Origin: an uncultured Deinococcales bacterium | GTDB lineage: Bacteria; Deinococcota; Deinococci; Deinococcales; JAAFIG01 | Reading direction: 5' to 3' | DNA: 14,896 bases | NCBI GenBank assembly: GCA_964244895.1 | Contig: CAXTKV010000135.1 | Span: 1-14,896 of the forward strand | Notes under the pieces: generated by a model | Told to the model about the DNA's origin: nothing | Database searches by the model: none | The model's input: only the letters and a program-made list of their open reading frames with translations | Position numbers and translations under genes: made by a program | Shown: in pieces, positions 8,297-14,762 of the stretch | Numbering within the stretch: position 1 is the stretch's first letter | Layout of the letters: the number at the start of each line of letters is the position of its first letter

Positions 8297-10831
8297 TTGA
8301 GAATTCGCCTGATCCTCGTACTGCTCGGCTTGCTGGCCGCCTGCACGAACACGTCGACCGCGCCGCCGCCTCCGCCAGCGCCGCCACCGGGTGCGCCGAG
8401 CATCACCTCGAGCGCGCCCGCCGACAACTCGAGCGGCATCGCGGTCGATACGAACCTGATCGTGAGCTTCTCCAGGCCGATGAACACGACCTCCGTCGGC
8501 GTCACCGCCTCGCCCAGCGTTGACCTGGGTGTGGGTGCGTGGAGCGATAGCGACACGACCTTGACGCTCAAACCACCTATCAACCTCGCGCCTGGGACGG
8601 CTTACACGCTCGCGCTCGAGGGCAAGGACACGACCGGTGCAGCCCTTACGGGCACGAAAACCATCGACTTCACGACCGCCCCCGCCGCCGACCCGCCCCC
8701 CGCCACGCCCATCAACCCCAACGCGAAACCCGGCGATGCGTCGGTCGCGGTTTCCTGGGATGCGAATACGGAAGCGGACCTGAAGGACTACACGGTCTTC
8801 TGGGGCACGTCTTCTGGTGCGCTCACATCTTCGGTCAGCGTGGACAAAACGCAGACCTCGAAGACCATCACCGGGCTGACCAACGGCACAGCGTATTTCT
8901 TTGCGATCAGCGCCACGGACACCGCCGGGAACGCGTCCTCAAAAACCGCGAGCATCAGCGCCACGCCCGTCAAACCATCATCCGGCGACACCACACCACC
9001 CGCCGCGCCGACCGATCTGGACGCGAGCGACAGCAACGGGGACGTGATCCTTTCGTGGAAATCGAACACGGAACCCGACCTCAAGGGCTACAACATTTAC
9101 CTGGGCACGACTCCGACCGCGCTGACCCTGGCGGGCTTCGCGGACAAGTCCCTCAAGAACAAGAAATTCAGCGGCCTGAGCATCGGAACCACGTACTACT
9201 TCGCGATGGATGCGGAAGACACCAGCGGTAACAAATCTTCCAGAAGCGCGTCGGTCAACGCCACGCCGAAAGACAACGTGGCTCCGAAGCTCGTCTCGAG
9301 CGCACCCACCGACGGTGCGAAGGATGTACCCGTCAACACCGATCTCGTCTTCAAGTTCAGCGAGCCGATGCGAACCGATTCGCTCGAGTTCAACCAGCTC
9401 TGCGCGGCCAGCGGCCCTTGCCTGATCTTCAACCTGCCCGTCTGGAGCGACGGTGACAAAACCGCGACCCTGAAACCCACCAAATTGCTCGATGGCAACA
9501 GGGAGTACGCGCTGACCCTGGGCGCGAAAGACAAGGCTGGAAACGCCCTGAATCCAACCTCGATCCGTTTCGCGACCATCGGGCCGAAGCTCGTCTCGAG
9601 CGCACCCGCCAACGGCGCGACGAACGTGAACGTCGACCTCGCATCCATCGCGTTCAACTTCAACGAACCGATGCAGCAGAATTCGCTGCAACTGAACTGC
9701 ACCTTCGTGGCGAACAACACCTCAATTCAGTGCGGCGCAGAGGGCTCCGGATTCTTTGACGCGCCGACCTGGAGCAACAACGACAAAACAGCGACCTTCA
9801 CCCGAAAAGGTGGCGCGTTCTTACCGACCACGCCGTACAGGGCAGAAATCATCAGCGCGAAGGATAAGGTGGGCGGCGCGCTGGCTCCCACATCGATCAG
9901 CTTCACCACCGGGCTGGTCCCCGATACGACGCCACCGACCGTGCTCGATTTCAGCCCGGCTCCATCGGCCAAGAATCAAAGTCTGGACACGAGCATCGAG
10001 ATCCTGTTTTCAGAACAGATGAACCAGGACAGCCTGCTCAAGAATTTCTCCGGCACGGTGGTGAACCTGGTGACGGGCCGCACCGGACCGCTGGTGATCT
10101 CGAGCCTGGGTGAAGTTCGAACCCCTCAAGGATTCAGGTACGTCTTTCAACCCGGCGCACCCTTCGATTACAACGATACCGTCGCGTGGAGGCTCGATTC
10201 GGGAGCGACGGATGCGGCCAGAAATCGCCTGGCCAATCCGATCGCGGGTTCGTTCAACGCGATCCGGCAGGTCACGCTCAACGCGAACGGAAACACCGGA
10301 GATGTGAGGCGATTCTGTCTGGGTTTCTGCACCAATACGGGCAGCGGAGGAACCAATCCAATGCGGGTTGGAACGAATGATGACGGTGGTAAAGCCATCT
10401 CGCGAGCCTACATGAGCTTCGATGACCTGTCGGCAGCCTTGCCATCGCCCATAGCGGCGATCACCAGCGCCGTGCTGACCCTCAAGGCGATCGGTACCGC
10501 CGGTAACCCATTCGATCCGAACAACCTCGGCACGATGGCCCTCGAGCGCGTGGACTACGGGCCGACGATTGACGGCGTTGACTTCGACATTAAACCCTTG
10601 AACTGCGACGGAGGCGTGTGTTCGCTCGACTTCTCGAGCCTGAACGAAGCCAATGGCGCGATTGACGTGCTGAAATTCGTGCGGGCGGACTACGCAGAAC
10701 GGGGCGCACATGGCGACAGCGCCCAATTCCGATTGCGGTTTGCCAACACCGATTCGCACAACGGAACGAAATTTGCGGTGATCGACTACGACGTTCACCC
10801 GACCCTGACCATTACCTATCTGGTTCCCTGA
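8297..10831 (+). CDS. Surface lipoprotein: Ig-like (Big_5/SbsA-type) x1, fibronectin type III x2, Ig-like x3, C-terminal beta-sandwich (DNRLRE/CBM-like, tentative)
   Basis: TTG 8297 follows SD AAAGGA and gives signal MRIRLILVLLGLLAA|C (lipobox LAAC) then a Pro-rich linker; 844 aa. Ig-like repeats P.(I/L/V)...P..G...V......F.F.EPM...S. Fn3 repeats (V.)SW..NTE.DLK.Y....G...GL..GT.YFFA..A.D..GN.S. An exact 24-bp repeat lies at 9284-9307 and 9584-9607. Confidence 0.88.
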   Translation: MRIRLILVLLGLLAACTNTSTAPPPPPAPPPGAPSITSSAPADNSSGIAVDTNLIVSFSRPMNTTSVGVTASPSVDLGVGAWSDSDTTLTLKPPINLAPGTAYTLALEGKDTTGAALTGTKTIDFTTAPAADPPPATPINPNAKPGDASVAVSWDANTEADLKDYTVFWGTSSGALTSSVSVDKTQTSKTITGLTNGTAYFFAISATDTAGNASSKTASISATPVKPSSGDTTPPAAPTDLDASDSNGDVILSWKSNTEPDLKGYNIYLGTTPTALTLAGFADKSLKNKKFSGLSIGTTYYFAMDAEDTSGNKSSRSASVNATPKDNVAPKLVSSAPTDGAKDVPVNTDLVFKFSEPMRTDSLEFNQLCAASGPCLIFNLPVWSDGDKTATLKPTKLLDGNREYALTLGAKDKAGNALNPTSIRFATIGPKLVSSAPANGATNVNVDLASIAFNFNEPMQQNSLQLNCTFVANNTSIQCGAEGSGFFDAPTWSNNDKTATFTRKGGAFLPTTPYRAEIISAKDKVGGALAPTSISFTTGLVPDTTPPTVLDFSPAPSAKNQSLDTSIEILFSEQMNQDSLLKNFSGTVVNLVTGRTGPLVISSLGEVRTPQGFRYVFQPGAPFDYNDTVAWRLDSGATDAARNRLANPIAGSFNAIRQVTLNANGNTGDVRRFCLGFCTNTGSGGTNPMRVGTNDDGGKAISRAYMSFDDLSAALPSPIAAITSAVLTLKAIGTAGNPFDPNNLGTMALERVDYGPTIDGVDFDIKPLNCDGGVCSLDFSSLNEANGAIDVLKFVRADYAERGAHGDSAQFRLRFANTDSHNGTKFAVIDYDVHPTLTITYLVP

Positions 10832-10840
10832 GGGTTCAGG

Positions 10841-10898
10841 GAACACCGTCCAGCACGATGTTTTTGTGAATCAAGGAATCGCGTGCCAGACGGTGCTC
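10841..10898. promoter_or_regulatory. Paired inverted box, site 4 (35-bp spacing)
   Basis: GAACAC-CGTCCAGCACG (10847-10857), 24-bp gap, CGTGCCAGACG (10882-10892)-GTGCTC. The next ATG is 47 nt after the right box. Confidence 0.75.
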
Positions 10899-10938
10899 CC
10901 ATAGGTCGCGCCTCGAGAACAACCCGAAAGGAAAACAC

Positions 10939-11067
10939 ATGCGAACCCGCCAAATCGCGTTGCTGCTCGCGCTCGTCACGATCCTCTTCGCCTGCGCGGA
11001 CACGCCCAAACCGCCCGCGACCGCCACCTGGGATCAATCGAACTTTGAAACCGCCACCTGGAACTGA
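10939..11067 (+). CDS. Small 42-aa lipoprotein with a C-terminal Trp motif (below the ORF-track cut-off)
   Basis: SD GAAAGGA, then MRTRQIALLLALVTILFA|CADTPKPPATATWDQSNFETATWN*. It has a basic N-region, hydrophobic core and lipobox LFAC. An internal repeat ACCGCCACCTGG occurs at 11020-11031 and 11050-11061. The stop is 11 nt before the fibre ATG. Confidence 0.85.
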   Translation: MRTRQIALLLALVTILFACADTPKPPATATWDQSNFETATWN

Positions 11068-11078
11068 AAGAGGTCACC

Positions 11079-12488
11079 ATGAAGCATTCTCCGGACATCA
11101 GAAACGTCGCGCTGGGCGCGATCCTGGCGGTGATCGGGCTGAGCGCCAACGCCGCCGTCAACCTGACGACCTTCGCGCCGAACACGCCGATCAAATCGGG
11201 TGAGGTCAACGCGAACTTCTCGAGTTTGAAAGCCAGCATCGAAGCGCTGCAAGCCCCAATCGGCGTCGGAAGACTGTTCATCAATGGCGATCCCGCCGAT
11301 GGAAAAGTATTGAAATTGCAGGCCGGGAACCTCGCCTGGGCGGATGACCTGACGGGCGGCACGGGCGGCACGGCCTACTCGGCGGGCGCTGGATTGGCGT
11401 TGACGAACGCGACCTTCAGCCTGGCGGATGGCGGCGTGACGATCAACAAGCTCTCGGCCACGGGCGGGTCGGAGGGCAAGGTCTTGAAAGTCTCTGGTGG
11501 CAAACTGAGCTGGCTGGATGACATCGTGGGCAGCCCCGGCAACACCTACAGCGCCGATGACTCGAGCCTGGCGCTCTCGGGCACGAAATTCTCCGTCAAG
11601 GACGGCGGTATTGGCACGATCAAGTTGTCCACCGGCGCCGTGACCCGAGACAAGCTCGCCGACGCCGCCGTCACCTCGAGCAAGATCGCCTTTCCGGTGA
11701 GCGCGGGCGGTGATTTTGGCACGAATGGTTTCACGGTTCAGAATTCCAATCCCAACGGACAGGCCATCGGTTTGCGAGGTATCGGCGGCGGATTCGCTGC
11801 CGTGTCCCTCAATCTTCCGATCGGCGTCCTGGGCGAAAGCCAGGCTGGTATCGGCGTGGCTGCCCAGAGTCAGGCCAGTTACGGCGTGTACGGGAAATCC
11901 ACCAGCGGCATCGCCGTTTCCGGCATCAGTTCCAGCGGCAGAGGCGTGTCCGGTGTGAGCGAGAGCGATGTTGGCGTGTACGGCACGAGCACAAATTCGT
12001 CAGCCCTGTTCGGCGAGAACAACACGAGCGCCGAGACGCTCAGGCTCACGCAGCACGGTGCTGGCGCACTGATAGACGCGCACGGCCCCAACGGGAACAC
12101 GGTCTTTTCGGTGGACAACAAGGGCAACGTTTTTTCGGGCACGAACTCGTACTCGAGCGACCGATTCCTCAAAACGAATTTCTCGAGCGTGAATCCGCTG
12201 ATGGTGCTCGAGCGGGTTGCGGCCATGCCGATGACGCGCTGGAATTACAAACGCGACGCGAGCAGCGTGCAGCACATCGGGCCGATGGCGCAGTACTTCC
12301 ACGCGGCTTTCGGCTTGAACGGCAACGACGACACGCACATCAACGCGGTCGATGCCAACGGCGTGGCGTTCGCGGCGATCAAGGGTCTGAACGCCAAGCT
12401 CGAGACCGAGAACGCCTCGTTGCGGGCCGCGCTGACCGCGCTCGAGGTGCGATTGGAAGCTCTCGAGAAAGCGGCCCGCCCGAAATAA
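11079..12488 (+). CDS. Secreted tail-fibre-like protein with a C-terminal intramolecular chaperone (peptidase S74/ICA) domain
   Basis: 469 aa. Signal peptide ends SANA|A, followed by TTFAPNTPIKSGEVNANFSSLK. Duplicated shaft units GKVLK...G.L.W.DD / YSA...LAL....FS..DGG....KL, VT..K(L/I) repeats and ~10-aa GV.G.S repeats. The C-terminal SDRFLK.NF...W.YK...HIGPMAQ.F..AFG...D..GVA.AAIK.L plus coiled coil starts at 12156. Confidence 0.88.
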   Translation: MKHSPDIRNVALGAILAVIGLSANAAVNLTTFAPNTPIKSGEVNANFSSLKASIEALQAPIGVGRLFINGDPADGKVLKLQAGNLAWADDLTGGTGGTAYSAGAGLALTNATFSLADGGVTINKLSATGGSEGKVLKVSGGKLSWLDDIVGSPGNTYSADDSSLALSGTKFSVKDGGIGTIKLSTGAVTRDKLADAAVTSSKIAFPVSAGGDFGTNGFTVQNSNPNGQAIGLRGIGGGFAAVSLNLPIGVLGESQAGIGVAAQSQASYGVYGKSTSGIAVSGISSSGRGVSGVSESDVGVYGTSTNSSALFGENNTSAETLRLTQHGAGALIDAHGPNGNTVFSVDNKGNVFSGTNSYSSDRFLKTNFSSVNPLMVLERVAAMPMTRWNYKRDASSVQHIGPMAQYFHAAFGLNGNDDTHINAVDANGVAFAAIKGLNAKLETENASLRAALTALEVRLEALEKAARPK

Positions 12489-12509
12489 GCCAACCTCAGG
12501 AGGAGCTTC

Positions 12510-12710
12510 GTGAACGACATGGAACTGGAATTGAGGGTCCGAGACCGCCGTGAGCGCATCCTGGCGGAGAGCGAAAACGACCACCTGGTCGGGCGGGCTC
12601 CGCCGGGCCAGGGGCTGCGGGTTCGGCTGGCCGATGCGCTGTTTGCCCTGGTCGTGAAGCTCGATCCGGCGAGATCGCGCTGGGTCACGACGCGATCTCG
12701 GGCGGTCTGA
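12510..12710 (+). CDS. Small hypothetical protein (66 aa)
   Basis: SD AGGAGGAG immediately upstream of GTG 12510, 21 nt after the fibre stop. Helical, Arg/Leu-rich sequence (RRERILAES...LRVRLADALFALVVKLDP). Confidence 0.65.
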   Translation: MNDMELELRVRDRRERILAESENDHLVGRAPPGQGLRVRLADALFALVVKLDPARSRWVTTRSRAV

Positions 12711-12802
12711 AATGGGTCACGAACACCGCTGAGTCTGACGCGATCCAGAAAACACCCTCCTGAAGCCCGAAGCCCTTCGCGCTTGACGGGTACAAACGCA
12801 GA

Positions 12803-12860
12803 GAACACCGTCTGGCACGGTGCTCCTGCGGGGTCAATATTCTCGTACCAGACGGTCTTC
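12803..12860. promoter_or_regulatory. Paired inverted box, site 5 (35-bp spacing)
   Basis: GAACAC-CGTCTGGCACG (12809-12819)-GTGCTC, 24-bp gap, CGTACCAGACG (12844-12854)-GTCTTC. The next ATG (12901) is 47 nt after the right box. Confidence 0.75.
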
Positions 12861-12900
12861 CCCAAATCACCAACCCGAGCCGCACCACGAAAGGAGATTC

Positions 12901-13050
12901 ATGCGAATGGACTGAAAGCCGCCGCTGACCGCGCTGAATAACGCAGACCGGATCGGTCTCGAGCCCGCAGAGGACAGACCCGAAAACGACGCCTGGAAAG
13001 CCCTCGAGACACCGCCCACTCAGATTGCAACACACAGGAGAACGCCGTGA
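12901..13050 (+). pseudogene. 4-codon minigene (MRMD*) or nonsense-interrupted 49-codon small ORF
   Basis: Strong SD GAAAGGAG precedes ATG CGA ATG GAC TGA (12901-12915). The same frame stays open to TGA 13048-13050, which overlaps the methyltransferase start (GTGA). Confidence 0.35.
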
Positions 13051-13865
13051 TGACCATGACACCGGAGATGGAAAGCCTGAAAACCCGACTCAAAACCACC
13101 TGGAATTCCGGCGATTACGCCACCTTCGCCAAACCGATGGAACCCGGCGCGCTCGAGTTCCTGGAGCGTCTGCGCGTACCGCCCGGAACCCGAATGCTGG
13201 ATGTCGGTTGCGGCGCGGGCCAGATCGCCATTCCCGCCTCGCGCGCCGGAATTGACGTGACCGGCGTGGACATCTCGCCCAACCAGATCGAACAGGCGCG
13301 CGCTCGAGCCAAAGCCGAAAACCTGAACGCGCGCTTCATTGAAGCCGACGCTGAAATGCTGCCCTACGCGGACGAATCCTTCGACCTGGTGGTCAGCTTG
13401 ATCGGCGCGATGTTCGCACCCAGACCGGATCGCGTGGCGGCGGAACTGGTGCGCACGTGCCGCAGCGGTGGGCGGATCGTGATGGCCAACTGGACGCCGG
13501 AAGGCTTCGTCGGGCAGATGTTCAAAATCATCGGCAAGCACGTGCCGCCTTCCCCGTTGATGCCCTCGCCGCTCCTGTGGGGCAAAGAAGACATCGTGCG
13601 AGAGCGTCTGAGTGACGGGATCGCGGAATTGCAGTTGGTCAGACGGCAGTACCCGTTCGCGTACTCGTTCGGGACGGCTGAAGTGGTCGGGTTCTACCGC
13701 GATCACTATGGCCCGACCAACCGCGCCTTCGCGGCGCTCGATGCGGCGGGGCAGGCGGCCCTGCAGCGCGATCTCGAGCAACTCTGGACGGAACACAACC
13801 GGGCCACGGACGGCAGCACGCGTTACGACTCCGAGTACCTGGAAGTGATCGCGGTTCGCGCTTAG
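13047..13865 (+). CDS. Class I SAM-dependent methyltransferase (UbiE-like fold, substrate unknown)
   Basis: 272 aa; ATG 13050 is an alternative start. SD AGGAG at 13036-13040. Motif [59 protein letters not shown]. Confidence 0.92.
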   Translation: MMTMTPEMESLKTRLKTTWNSGDYATFAKPMEPGALEFLERLRVPPGTRMLDVGCGAGQIAIPASRAGIDVTGVDISPNQIEQARARAKAENLNARFIEADAEMLPYADESFDLVVSLIGAMFAPRPDRVAAELVRTCRSGGRIVMANWTPEGFVGQMFKIIGKHVPPSPLMPSPLLWGKEDIVRERLSDGIAELQLVRRQYPFAYSFGTAEVVGFYRDHYGPTNRAFAALDAAGQAALQRDLEQLWTEHNRATDGSTRYDSEYLEVIAVRA

Positions 13866-13876
13866 CAAAACCTGAG

Positions 13877-13893
13877 GGATACCGTCCAGCGCG
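13877..13893. promoter_or_regulatory. Single (left-type) box; partner degenerate or lost
   Basis: GGATAC-CGTCCAGCGCG (13883-13893), 18 nt after the methyltransferase stop. There is no convincing right box at +25 or +35. Confidence 0.5.
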
Positions 13894-13913
13894 GCCTTCC
13901 TCGGATTTCAGGA

Positions 13914-14165
13914 ATGAACGCAGAACGATATGCCTCGAGAAGTCCGAAACGAACTCTCGGGTCGAGCGACACGAGGAGCCGCACGGACACGAGCTTCCGC
14001 ACGACCGGAATGGATCGCGCCTTCACCAGCCTGGCCTCGACCTCGAGCGGATGCACGCTGCGCGTCCGCATCGGATGGCAAGACCTCGAGATCGAGATGG
14101 CTTCCACCGAAACGCTCGAGGGCGCGCTGCGAGATCTGCACGGCGAGACCCGCGACGCAAGATGA
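13914..14165 (+). CDS. Possible small hypothetical protein (start uncertain: 13914 or 14010)
   Basis: It fills the gap on the cluster strand, and the C-terminal half (CTLRVRIGWQDLEIEMAS...LEGALRDL) looks protein-like. No clear SD. Confidence 0.3.
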   Translation: MNAERYASRSPKRTLGSSDTRSRTDTSFRTTGMDRAFTSLASTSSGCTLRVRIGWQDLEIEMASTETLEGALRDLHGETRDAR

Positions 14166-14270
14166 CCGTCACCCTGAGCCAGACCCGCGCGATCTGCGCC
14201 GCCTGGAACGCCGCAATCAACCACCATCAACGTCCGTACTGAGAACATCCGCTCTGAAAAGGGGTTCAAC

Positions 14271-14672
14271 ATGAAAAAGTCAATCGCCGCCATCACCGCC
14301 CTGACCGCCCTGGCGCTCGCCCTCGGCGTGGTCATCGCCACCGACGCCGCGCCCTCGGCGCGCTGGGCGACGAGTTACGAGCACCTGAGCATGCCCGAAG
14401 ATTTCAAGGCCATGATGGTCGTGGTGGACTTCCCACCCGGCGCGGTCTTTCCGTTGCACTCGCACGGTGGGCCGGTGGTCGCGATGGTGATCGAAGGTGA
14501 GATCACGCTGGTTCAGAACGGGGTCAGCAAGGTCTACAAGGCGGGCGAGGGGTTCAACGAACCCCTCGGGCAGATCCACGAAGCCCGCAACAATGGCAAA
14601 ACCAAGGCGGCGGTAGCAGTCACGTACCTGCTGCCGAAGGGCGCCCAACCGGACATTTTCGTCGGCAAGTAA
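14271..14672 (+). CDS. Secreted cupin-domain protein
   Basis: 133 aa. Signal peptide MKKSIAAITALTALALALGVVIA. Cupin motif 1 FPPGAVFPLHSHGG...VIEGEI and motif 2 YKAGEGFNEPLGQIHEARN. SD-like AAAGGGG upstream. Confidence 0.9.
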   Translation: MKKSIAAITALTALALALGVVIATDAAPSARWATSYEHLSMPEDFKAMMVVVDFPPGAVFPLHSHGGPVVAMVIEGEITLVQNGVSKVYKAGEGFNEPLGQIHEARNNGKTKAAVAVTYLLPKGAQPDIFVGK

Positions 14673-14707
14673 GGCTCGGCTTGCGCGAATCGAAGACTGA
14701 ATTCAGG

Positions 14708-14762
14708 CGAGAACACCGTCCAGGACGGTGTTCTCGGGCCTCCAAAGGTTGCGTGCTGGAGC
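14708..14762. promoter_or_regulatory. Paired inverted box, site 6 (35-bp spacing); the left box is a perfect 29-bp palindrome
   Basis: CGAGAACACCGTCC-A-GGACGGTGTTCTCG (14708-14736; core 14717-14727), 24-bp gap, CGTGCTGGAGC (14752-14762). Confidence 0.75.

Noticed and set aside
10823..10844. 9-bp hairpin GTTCCCTGA-GGGT-TCAGGGAAC as a terminator
   Set aside because: It overlaps the stop codon and has no adjacent U-tract. It runs directly into box pair 4.
11079..12488. Prophage or tailocin call based on the tail-fibre domain
   Set aside because: The protein has a Sec signal peptide and no other phage structural, lysis or integration genes are present.
12721..12740. GAACACCGCTGAGTCTGACG as another box
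   Set aside because: Only the left flank matches. The CGT-N5-ACG core and a phased partner are missing.
12913..12915. Selenocysteine recoding of the in-frame TGA
   Set aside because: No redox motif context and no convincing SECIS-like hairpin directly downstream.
5755..14736. Classical integron attC array
   Set aside because: No RYYYAAC/GTTRRRY core sites at the repeat ends and no integrase in the window. Kept only as a loose analogy.
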